A model generated the notes under the pieces. It saw nothing but the letters and a program-made list of their open reading frames with translations. It was not told the origin of the DNA and did no database searches. Position numbers and translations under genes: made by a program. From Octopus sinensis (taxonomy: Eukaryota), in NCBI RefSeq assembly GCF_006345805.1, contig NW_021835074.1, positions 1-48,947 on the forward strand: 48,947 nucleotides of DNA, written 5' to 3'. The stretch's first letter is position 1, and each line of letters starts with the position of its first letter. Positions 37,530 to 48,269 of this stretch are shown one piece after another.

Positions 37530-37700
37530 GCATGCCGAACAAAATGCTTAGCAACATTTCGTCTGGCTTTATGTTCTGAGTTCAAATGCCGCCAGGATCG
37601 ACTTTGTCCTTCGTCCTTTCGAGACCAACAAAATAAGTACCAGTTGAATATGGATCGATGTAACCACTTATCCACTCACCCTTGAACCAAAATTTGAAGC
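37530..37700 (+). mobile_element. Diverged SINE family B copy
   Basis: AAATGCTTAGCAACATTTCGTCTG...GAGTTCAAATGCCGCC...AAGTACCAGTTG. Confidence 0.7.
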
Positions 37701-37910
37701 CATTATTATTATAAATATTTGTTTCTGTGCTTTATAATTATAACAACCAATAAGCATGATTTTTAAAAATCCTTCAGAAAAAATTGAGAGGTCTCTCTCA
37801 AGGAATATAATGTATGTGATCATTAATATACCCATGTTGAATTTTTTCTTTGTTTTTGTGGGGGGGGGTGAATCACACAGTGGGATTGAGCCAGAAATCT
37901 TATGATTTGA

Positions 37911-38323
37911 GGTGGCGAGCTGGCAGAAACGTTAGCACGCCGGGCGAAATGCGTAGCCGTATTTCGTCTGCTGTTACGTTCTGAGTTCAAATTCCGCCGA
38001 GGTCGACTTTGCCTTTCATCCTTTCGGGGTCGATAAATTAAGTACCAGTTACACACTGGGTTCGATATAATCGGCTTAATCCGTTTGTCTGTCCTTGTTT
38101 GTCCCCTGTGTTTAGCCCCTTGTGGGTAATAAAGAAATAGGTATTTCGTCTGCCGTTACGTTGTGAGTTCAAATTCATTCGAGGTTGACTTTGCCTTTCA
38201 TCCTTTCGGGGTCGATAAATTAAGTACCAGTTACGCACTGAGGTCGATATTATCGACTCAATCCGTTTGACTGTCCTTGTTTGTCTCCTCTATGTTTAGC
38301 CCCTTGTGGGTAGTAAAGAAATA
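37911..38323 (+). mobile_element. SINE family B dimer (one head, two bodies)
   Basis: Junction AATAAAGAAATA|GGTATTTCGTCTGCC at 38139/38140. Confidence 0.9.
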
Positions 38324-38389
38324 AAAAACCTTATGATTGTAAAGCAAGCTTATATATATAACAAGATCATTAATCTCAAAGTTCTTCGT

Positions 38390-38390
38390 A

Positions 38391-38443
<53 letters not shown>

Positions 38444-38543
38444 ATCTATCTATCTAACTATCTATCTATCTATTTATCTATCAATCTACCAACGTACCTA
38501 CCTACCTACCTACCTACCTACCTACCTACCTACCTACCTACCT
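38390..38543. repeat. (TCTA)n-(CCTA)n microsatellite
   Basis: Direct reading. Confidence 0.95.
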
Positions 38544-38774
38544 GTCTCCGACTTGGCAGAAACCCAATTACGCGAACATGCATACAGGATGCAGTAAATA
38601 TATTTTTTATATAAAATTATTCTTAACGTGGAAATATATTTCTCACCATCTTACATTGAAAAATGTCCCACAAACTATATCAAGACTCAAAGAAGATCCA
38701 CCTTCGTTATTAAACAAAGTAGTTCGTATTCTATACAGGAAACAACAACAACAACAAAAATAATAATCCTTTCT

Positions 38775-39150
38775 ACAAAGGGTACAAGACCTGAAATTTG
38801 GGGGAGGGGGATAGTCGAAAACATCGACCTCAGTACTCAACTGGTATTTATTTTATCGACCCCCGACCCCGAACCTCGAAAGGAATTTCAACTCAGAACG
38901 TAACGACGGGCGAAATATCTATTTCTTTACCACCCACAAGGGGCTAAACACAGAGGGGACAAACAAGGACAGACAAATGGATTAAGTCTATTATATCGAC
39001 CCCAGTGTGTAACTAGTACTTAATTTAATGATCCCGAAGGGATGAAAGGCAAAGTCGACCACAGCGGAATTTGAACCTAGAACGTGAAGGCAGACGAAAT
39101 GCCGCTAAGCATTTTGCCACTTATGCAAACGATTCTGCCAGCCCGCCATC
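38775..39150 (-). mobile_element. SINE family B heterodimer (Tx1-like-tail body followed by alternative-tail body)
   Basis: Junction AAAGAAATA|GATATTTCG at 38920/38919; head near 39150. Confidence 0.82.
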
Positions 39151-39156
39151 TTAATA

Positions 39157-39254
39157 ATGAGAAGAAGAAGAAGAAGAAGAAGAAGAAGAAGAAAAAGAAG
39201 AAGGAGAAGAAAAAGAAGAAGAAGAAGAACAACAACAACAACAAGTAGTAGGTG

Positions 39255-39315
<61 letters not shown>
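39157..39315. repeat. (GAA)n-(CAA)n-(TAG)n compound microsatellite
   Basis: Direct reading. Confidence 0.95.
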
Positions 39316-40200
39316 TAGTTAATTTTTTGGCTCAAAAGGCAAAAAGCAAGGCCATGTAGGAGAACATGGAGTTATGTACAGGGTGGTGTTTATGTAAAGA
39401 GTTCAGGTCACTTGTGGTCAAGGGAGACTTTGAACCGAGCGGTCGTCGGCATATTCACCATCTCGTCCGGCAGCTTATTCCACGGATCCGCAACCCGGAC
39501 GGAGAAAGCCCCTCTCCTTCGATTGAGATGAAATCGTCGCAGATAGAGCTTTTCCAGCCGACGCTCTGGAGCAGGAGTGAAGAACAGCTCTTTCGAGAGG
39601 TTACACGTTCCGCTTATGATGTTGTGAGCAAGAATGAGATCACCACGGCGTCGTCGTTTTTCTAGAGAATAAAGGTTGAGCGTCTTCAGCCTTTCTTCAT
39701 AAGACAAATTCTTGAGACCAAGAACCATGCGGGTAGCCAGCTTCTGGACTCTTTCGAGATGCTGTATGTCTTTGAGGAGATAAGGAGAAGAGACTTGAAT
39801 CCCGTACTCCAATATGGGTCTCACCAGCGTGACATAGAGTGGTAGGAATATGGCTGCTGTGAGCATTCCGGATGACCGTCGAATCAAGAACAGAACTCCG
39901 CGTGCTTTGTTGGCAGCATGGACGCACTGGGCCGAAGGCGAAAAGGAGGAATCCACCAAGGTACCCAGGTCCTTTACCTGATCGGTCCTCTCCAGCAGCA
40001 GACGACCCGGCTCGAAATCAAGTTGAGTTGCAGGAGGAGAGCCAACAGGCAGATGACAGTACTTTGACACGTTCAGACACGGGTCCCATTCGTTAGAGAA
40101 TCTCCAAATTTGGTGGAGGCATCGACGAAGATCCTCTATATCACCGCGAGGAGCGACCAGTTTGACATCGTCGGCAAATAGAAGGGCAAATAGAAGGCAA
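39316..40200 (-). mobile_element. 5'-truncated CR1-clade LINE (RT C-terminal part + 3' UTR)
   Basis: LFADDVKL, VKDLG, LYVTLVRPILEYG, LERVQKLATRMV, LSYEERLKTLNLYSLEKRRRRGDLI, WNKLP. (TAG)n on both flanks. Confidence 0.92.
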
Positions 40201-40201
40201 A

Positions 40202-40249
<48 letters not shown>

Positions 40250-40367
40250 GAGGAGGAGGAGGAGGAGGAGGAGGAGAGGAGGAAGAGGAGGAGGAGGAGG
40301 AAGAAGAAGAAGAAGAAGAAGAAGAAGAAGAAGAAGAAGAAGAACAACAACAACAACAACAACAATA
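40201..40367. repeat. (TAG)n-(GGA)n-(GAA)n-(CAA)n compound microsatellite
   Basis: Direct reading. Confidence 0.95.
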
Positions 40368-40570
40368 GGTACAAGGCCTGGAATTTGTGGCGAGGGGACT
40401 AGTGTCGATTACATCGACTCCAATATTTCGCTGATACTTAATTTGTCGACTCCGAAAGTATGAAAGGCAAAGTCGACCTCGGTGGAATTTGAACTCAGAA
40501 CGTAGCGACGGGCGAAATACCGCTAAGCATTTCGTCCAGCGTGCTAACGATTCTGCTCGCTCACCGACTT
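40368..40570 (-). mobile_element. SINE family B copy with alternative tail; a further partial copy lies at 40718-40830
   Basis: Reverse complement of head/body; tail AGGCCTTGTACC. Confidence 0.82.
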
Positions 40571-40575
40571 AGAAA

Positions 40576-40577
<2 letters not shown>

Positions 40578-40612
<35 letters not shown>

Positions 40613-40717
40613 TGATGATGATGATGATGATGATGATGCTGATGATGATGATGACGATGACGACGACGACGACGACGACGACGACGATGATGATGATGAT
40701 GATGATGATTCTTCTTC
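40578..40717. repeat. (AAT)n-(GAT)n-(GAC)n compound microsatellite
   Basis: Direct reading. Confidence 0.95.
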
Positions 40718-40839
40718 TTTCTACTATAGGCACAAGGCCTGATATTTAGCGACGGGAGATAGACAATTACATCGACCCCAGTACTCAGCTGGTACTGGGG
40801 TCGATGAAAGACAAAGTTGACCTTTGAAATAAGAACACA

Positions 40840-41488
40840 CATATATAATATGCACACATACATACTTTCATACATCGACGCATACATAAATACATAGAGA
40901 CAGATAGATAGACAGACCGAGAGAGACACAGATACACAAACATGCATACATGCGTATACACAATCATACATACATACGTGCGTACGCACACACACATATA
41001 CATACATACATACATACATACATACATACACGCATAAATACATACATACACACATACATACATACACACACATACATACATACATACATGTATGCATACA
41101 TACACACATACATACATACATACATACATACATACATGCATACATACACACATACATACATACATACACACATACATACATACATACATACATGCATACA
41201 TACATGCATGCATGCATACATACATACATACATACATACACACATACATACATACACACACACATACATCCATACATACACACATACATACATACATACA
41301 TACATACATACATACATACATGCATACATGCATGCATGCATGCATACATACATACATACATACATACATACATACATACATACATACATACATACATACA
41401 TGCATACATGCATGCATGCATGCATACATACATACATACATACATACATACATACATACATAAATGCATACATACACACATACATACA

Positions 41489-41524
<36 letters not shown>

Positions 41525-41527
41525 TAT
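40840..41527. repeat. (CATA)n/(CATG)n array
   Basis: Direct reading. Confidence 0.95.
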
Positions 41528-41602
41528 AGCAGCAACTCTTTTCATTCGCAATTCCTCGCTCAAAATTCGTTGGCAGGAGCACCAGATCACACCAGTCATA
41601 TC

Positions 41603-42155
41603 TATTTCTTTACTACCCACAGAGGGGACGAACAAGGACAGACAGACAGATTAAGACGATTACATCGACCCCAGTGCGTAACTGGTACTTAATTTATCGA
41701 CCCCGAAAGGATGAAAGGCAAAGTCGACCTCGGCGGAATTTGAACTCAGAACGTAACGGCAGACGAAATACCTATTTCTTTACTACCCACAAGGGGCTAA
41801 ACACAGAGGGGACACACAAGGACAGGCAAAGACTTTAAGTTGATTACATCGACGCCAGTGCGTAACTGCTACTTAATTTATCGACCCCGAAAGGATGAAA
41901 GGCAAAGTCGACCTCGGCGGAATTTGAACTCAGGACGTAGCGGCAGACGAAATACCTATTTCTTTACTACCCACAAGGGGCTAAACACAGAGCGGACAAA
42001 CAAGGACAGACAAAGGGATTAAGTCGATTATATCGACCCCAGTGCGTAACTGGTACTTAATTTATCGACCCCGAAATGATGAAAGGCAAAGTCGACCTCG
42101 ACTTGAACTCAGAACGTAAAGACAGACGAAATACCGCTTAGCATTTCGCCCGTCC
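41603..42155 (-). mobile_element. SINE family B trimer (one partial head, three bodies, period ~184 bp)
   Basis: Junctions GAAATACC|TATTTCTTT on + at 41772/41773 and 41956/41957. Confidence 0.92.
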
Positions 42156-42167
42156 TAAACGAGATTA

Positions 42168-42539
42168 GTCTTCCAGCGACAAGTGACCATTCTTAAAGCG
42201 TGGAAACCAGTTGTAAACTTGCGTTTTGCTCATGGCAGCGTCCTTGTAAGCTGTCTGAAGCATGATAGCTGTTTCGGCTGCCGTTTTTCCCCAGCAGAAA
42301 ACAGAATTTCACGGAAGCATTCTGTTCTTCATTTCATCCATCGCAAAAATCGAGGAACAGGGGAGAAGCATTGCCAAACAAACACGCATCATGTGGCCGT
42401 ACGAACGCACAGGAAGACGCCGGTCGGCAGACTGATGCCTGAGGGTCGCATCAAGTGGGTTCTAGAAGCGGAACCTTGAACTACAACGGGCTTGTCCCAC
42501 AACGAACGTTTCCGGTTACTTTTTTGTGGCACCCCCTCG
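42168..42539 (-). mobile_element. Mariner transposon 5' fragment (TIR + transposase N-terminal HTH, frameshifted)
   Basis: TA|CGAGGGGGTGCCACAAAAAAGT terminus. ATG at 42341 gives MDEMK, then after a shift KFCFLLGKTAAETAIMLQTAYKDAAMSKTQVYNWFPRFKNGHLSLED. Confidence 0.85.
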
Positions 42540-42637
42540 TAAGTACCAGGCTTAAAGTATTATGAGAAGTACTGGAGTCGGTTCATTCGACTAAGAATTC
42601 TACAAGACGTTGATCTTCGATAAAAGATAAAGCGATT

Positions 42638-43170
42638 AGAGAGAGAGAGAGAGAGAGGGGGACACATACACACATACACACACACACACATACACACACA
42701 CACACACATACACACACTACTCACACACACACACATACACACACTACTCACACACACACACACATACACACACACTCACACACACATACACACACACACT
42801 CACACACACTCACACACACTTTCACACACATACACACACACACACGCGCACACACGCACACACACACACATACACACACACACACATACACACACACACA
42901 TACACACACTCACACACACATACACACACACACACGCACACACGCACACACATACACACACACACATACACACACACATACACACACTCACACACACACA
43001 CACACACACACTCACACACACATGCACTCAAATACACACACGCGCACGCACACACGCACACACATACACACACATACACACACATACACACACACTCAAA
43101 CACACACACATACACACACACTCACACACACACTCACACACACATACACACACTCACACTCACACACACA

Positions 43171-43219
<49 letters not shown>
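42638..43219. repeat. (GA)n then long degenerate (CA)n
   Basis: Direct reading. Confidence 0.95.
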
Positions 43220-43220
<1 letters not shown>

Positions 43221-43434
43221 CTTAAAAGTAAATAAACGCAATTACGTTTGAAAGATTTATTCCTAGAAACAAATTAATGCCATTTGATGTGCTTAAATAT
43301 TTAATTTACAATTTAGCAGATATGCTGCTTTGCGCAGTTTTTAGGCGTCGAAATAATGAGTTATGTCTACACAGATAAAACAGTATAATGAAAAGTATCC
43401 ATTCACTTTCACTTTCGAGATGTTTGTGTATTGA

Positions 43435-43550
<116 letters not shown>

Positions 43551-43745
43551 ATGTAATCTATGTGCGTGTAAAGTGTTTATTTTACATTTAAGTATGGACT
43601 TATTTGATTCTCTGAATAATTTCCAATGCGAGATGTCCCACACGCTTCTCCCCACATGTGCGATTTTATTAATTCCTGTTACCGAATCAAAAATGTGTAA
43701 TGGGAAATAGCATCAAAACATTGTTTCCAATTTCCTTCCTGCTTT

Positions 43746-43792
<47 letters not shown>

Positions 43793-43800
<8 letters not shown>

Positions 43801-44484
43801 GTTGTATACTGTCAATCTGACAAGAACGTGACAGTAGGGGGTACACCACCGCTGTATAGCCCTAGGAAGCATCGAACGCCTCCTGATGGCTTTGACACAT
43901 TTTTCCCTGTGTCCTTATATACATATACGAAGTGTTTGTCTCCCCTTCGTATATGTATATAAGGACACAGGGAAAAATGTGTCAAAGCCATCAGGAGGCG
44001 TTCGATGCTTCCTAGGGCTATACAGCGGTGGTGTACCCCCTACTGTCAAGTTCTTGTTAGATTGACAGTATACAACCATTCTATCGCCCCACCACCGTAC
44101 ATGTCTCTACGAGAGATTTAGAAATTCAATATTTCTTATTTTGATAATCAGTGAATAGACTTCACTGAGTATAGATATATGCAATTATGAAGTCGAGACA
44201 AATATCACCGGTTGACCGGTGTCTGCTACTCTAGGCTGATGAAGGACAACGATCCTGAAGCACGTGTCCCTAGATGCAGTTTCGGCAGTCGGGGGTGTTT
44301 GTCTCCCCTTCGTATATGTATATAAGAACACAGGGAAAGATGTGTCAAAGCCATCAGGAGGCGTTCGATGCTTCCTAGGGCTATACAGCGGTGGTGTACC
44401 CCCTACTGTCACGTTCTTGTTAGATTGACACGCCCCACCACCGTACATGTCTCTACGAGAGATTTAGAAATTCAATATTTCTTA
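43793..44484 (+). mobile_element. Penelope pLTR/retrozyme-like unit: inverted 140-bp arm + 1.5 tandem copies of a 363-bp monomer
   Basis: Arms 43793-43932 and 43945-44084 are inverted with 2 mismatches. TGTTTGTCTCCCCTTCG recurs at 43933 and 44296. Hammerhead motif inside the monomer. Confidence 0.7.
44230..44274 (+). ncRNA. Minimal type I hammerhead ribozyme motif with one core substitution (GAAA to GAAG)
   Basis: TCTAGG-CTGATGA-AGGA(CAACGA)TCCT-GAAG-CACGT-GTC-CCTAGA: 6-bp helix I, 4-bp helix II, palindromic rudimentary helix III, GUC cleavage triplet. Confidence 0.75.
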
Positions 44485-45140
44485 TATATATATATATATA
44501 TATATATATGAGTGTGTGTGTGTATATGTATATATATATACATATACATACATATATATATATATATATATGTATATGTATACGTATATATACATATATA
44601 TATATACATATATAGATAGATAGATAGACAGATAGATAGATTTGTTTGTGTGTGTGTGTTTGTGTATACACACATATGTATGTATATATGTATATACACA
44701 CACACACACACATATATATATGCACGTATATATGTATGTAGGTTGGTATGTATATGTGTTTATGCATGTTTGTATGCTTGTATACACACAGTCATACATA
44801 CATAAACATGTTTATAATATACATGTGTATGTAGTTTGATGTGTATTTGTGTGTGTGTGTGCGCGTGTGTGTGTGCCCGTGTGTGTGCGTGTGTATACAC
44901 AGATATGTATGTACACGTACACATATATATATGTGTATATATGTGTGTAGGTTGATGTGTGTATGTATATTTGTATACATGTATACACATAGCCATACAT
45001 GCATAAACATGTTTTTAATATACATATGCACGTAGTTTGATGTGTATTTGTGTGCGTGCGTGCGTGCGTGCGTGTGTGTGTATGTGTGTGTGTGTGTATG
45101 TGTGTGTGTGTGTGTGTGCGTGCGTGTGTGTGAGTGTATG
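44484..45140. repeat. Mixed TA/TG/CA microsatellite field with an internal duplication
   Basis: Direct reading; CATAAACATGTTT..TAATATACAT recurs near 44800 and 45002. Confidence 0.88.
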
Positions 45141-45301
45141 TTATTAAAACAATCAGTTCAACACAATGTATTTTGGACTGATTGCTCGATAACAACAAAC
45201 TTATTTTCTGTTAAAATACTCACCATGATTATGGTTTTAATTCTCACGACATACGAACTTCATGTTGAATAGCAATTATTTCGTGTTCATTTTTATTCTT
45301 A

Positions 45302-45978
45302 TACTAGCAGTATCGCCCGGCGTTGCTCGGGTTTGTAAGGGAAATAACTATATAAGCATTTTTAGAGAGTTATAGCAAAAAAATAGCAAAAAAATGCATT
45401 AAAAATGGAATAAAAAATGATGGTATTTTTTTTTTAAATCGTTGACTCATCGTAGACATTTTTAGAGAGTTACTTCTTTTATATAATAGCGAAAAAATGC
45501 ATTAAAATGGAAAAAATGATGGTAAATTTTTTTTTAAATCGTAGACTCATGTAGACGCTTTCTTAGCCATTTCTGTTTTGGTGTCTTCAAGCCATGAAGT
45601 CGTTGTTCTAAAAGAACGCTGGTCTCCTTGACAACGCATTACGACGTTGATTTCCTTACACTCCCTTCCCCACAGCTTCACGAGGGAGGGAAGAAGGGGG
45701 AAAAGCAACACAGGTGCAGCTGTGAGCGTGGACGCCAACTCCGCCGCCATCGACACACGAAAAATTATGCATTAAAACGGAATAAAAAATGATGTTAAAT
45801 TATTTTTAAAATCGTAGACTCATCGTAGACGCGCGCTAATATTCAGACGGGCTCGATATGAATCACGACTATAAGCTACCCGAATTTGGTTAAACTGTAC
45901 CGCAAAATGTGGGAGTAGTTAGGAATCTAAATCGAAGGGGACAGACACTCACACAACTACAGTTTTATATATATAGAT
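45302..45978 (+). mobile_element. Lep1-like Helitron copy with internal repeats and a foreign ~205-bp insert
   Basis: Same termini as 31841-32216; insert at 45557-45762. Confidence 0.72.
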
Positions 45979-45981
45979 AAC

Positions 45982-46376
45982 ACTAGCAGTATCGCCCGGC
46001 GTTGCTCGGGTTTGTAAGGGAAATAACTATAAAGCATTTTTAGAGAGTTGTAACCAAAAAATAGCAAAAAAATGCATTAAAAATGGAAAAAATATGATGG
46101 TAAATTTTTTTTGAATCGTTGACTCATCGTAGACATTTTTAGAGAGTTACTTCCCTTATATTTAAAAAATATGCATTAAAATGGAAAAAAATGATTGTAA
46201 ATTATTTTAAAAATCGTAGACTCATCGTAGACGCGCGCTAATACCCAGAAGGGCTCGATATGAATCACGACTATAAGATACCCGGTTTTGGTTAAACTGC
46301 ACCGCAAAATGTGGGAGTAGTTAGGAATCTAAATTGGAGTAGACAGACATACAACCTTACTTTTATATATAAAGAT
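45982..46376 (+). mobile_element. Lep1-like Helitron copy, head-to-tail with the previous one
   Basis: ACTAGCAGTATCGCCCGGCG...TTTTATATATAAAGAT. Confidence 0.72.
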
Positions 46377-46819
46377 AACATTCTCTTTAGAGCGTCACAC
46401 TTGTTTAAAATGCAATATTCTGCGGAAATGTATGGAGAGTGAGGAATGCTTCTGGTTGCTCCCCCCCCCAGGTTTCCTGTACTGGAATCGCCTAGTTAAA
46501 AGTTGATAAGGTTACACTGACACTACCGTACACCTTGTAACTATGTTATGCCACCAACCAGCATGTTACATTGAGTGTTTAAGAACTTAAAGGTGCATAA
46601 AACATCTCCACAAAACACTGAAAAACAAGGTGAAGGTGACTCTCACTTCACTCTAGTCTTCAACTGCCTTCGTATATATATATATATGTTACGGGGAAGT
46701 AAATACACCACATCGATTGTGAAGCGATGGTGGGGACCATACATACATCATATCTATATATATTATATATATACATACATACATACATATATATATACAT
46801 ACATACATATATATATATA

Positions 46820-46918
<99 letters not shown>

Positions 46919-47004
46919 GCCCGAAATGAGGAGTAGACTGACACCCGACAACTGATGAAGAGTCCTTTCTCTCTGTTTACTTATCCTGTTTTCCATTTGC
47001 AAAT

Positions 47005-47079
47005 ATCTTCTACTATAACTTCTGACCGACCAAAGCCCTGTGACTGGATTTCGTTAACGAAAACTGAAAGAAGCCTGTC

Positions 47080-47090
<11 letters not shown>
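47005..47090 (+). mobile_element. SINE family A internal fragment
   Basis: TCTTCTACTATAAC...GACCAAAGCCCTGTG...AAACTGAAAGAAGCCTGTCGTATATA. Confidence 0.7.
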
Positions 47091-47117
<27 letters not shown>

Positions 47118-47149
47118 ATATGACCGCTAAATCCACAAGATTTTTTTTT

Positions 47150-47310
47150 ATTTCTTTTCGCTGTTTATTTCCTCGTATCCCCTTCTGTTGAAGAGTGTAA
47201 GCTCGAAACGTAAAAGACTTTCTCATCTTCTCGAGCATCAAATTAATACACCTGCATGTTGTTAATACATCTATCTTCGTCTTTTGTTTGCCTGTAAATT
47301 TCAACTATAT
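47150..47310 (+). mobile_element. Penelope-like terminal repeat fragment, homologous to 31430-31670
   Basis: CTGTTGAAGAGTGTAAGCTCGAAACGTAAAAGACTTTCTCA shared with the 31.5-kb copy. Confidence 0.4.
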
Positions 47311-47367
47311 ATATATATTTATCAAAATACAAACATGGTGCAAAGGATTTAGCGGTACATATGTTGA

Positions 47368-47508
47368 GGCTTCCAAATAGGAAAGCCTTGTGCTAGAAAG
47401 AGCAGTAGAAAACTCAAACCACCAAATAAGGATAAATTCTCGAAAGGAATTTGGTGGCTTGAGTTTTCTACTGCCCTTTCTAGCACAAGGCTTTCCTATT
47501 TGGAAGCC
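47368..47508. repeat. Inverted repeat, 60-bp arms (2 mismatches), 21-nt loop
   Basis: GGCTTCCAAATAGGAAAGCC...ACCAAAT / ATTTGGT...GGCTTTCCTATTTGGAAGCC. Confidence 0.92.
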
Positions 47509-48269
47509 GCTTATTGTATTTCTATGTGAATAATATATAGTCTAATGACTAATTCGTTTTTGTGCTAGGCCACTGGTAATCATAATTTCTTATTACCCTA
47601 TTGTTATATATATATATAAAAGTAAAAAAATACACAAACTGGGACAAGAACGTGAAACATTTAGAAGACGACACAAAAAACACGGACGGGACTTTCGAAG
47701 CTCTCAGTCATCAGTCAAGAACCGGATCATCTTCGCAATTTCGGCTGATTAATCTTGAGATTGCTCCGATCTGGGCAGCCCCCAAGGGATACATATATTG
47801 ATAATCTGAGGGGGAAGTTAGCCAATTTATGATTTCACATAACCTTGGGGTTCCCCTTTCCATAGTGAAGAGTGATTGTATAATTCACTAAGAAAAATAA
47901 AGGAATGGACAGCATCTCGCTCAGATGGCTCTGGGCCCTCCAACAGATGCTTGGACTGTCAAGCATATTGTTAAAAATGATCCCTATTGTAAAGCACCTG
48001 ATATTACAGAGCAACCCTGGTTAAGTGGAATATTTCTGTGAGATCATCTCCATCAATTTGGTTACTAAGACAGAGCAGCTGAAAGGAAAACTCTTCTTTG
48101 ACCAGCAAATCTCCAAAGAAAAAGGGAAAAATAGATCATTCAAAACCGATCGTACCTGTTTACTGTTGAGATGTATATGTGTATGTGTGCGTGTATCCAT
48201 CCATACATACATACATACATACATTCATACATACATACATACATACATATATAGATAGATAGATAGATA

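Noticed and set aside
41603-42155. CRISPR-like or tRNA gene cluster
   Set aside because: Units are whole SINE bodies of ~184 bp; there is no cloverleaf and no spacers.
47810-48160. Possible Penelope or other coding remnant on the minus strand
   Set aside because: Several stops in each frame and no motif I can identify with confidence.
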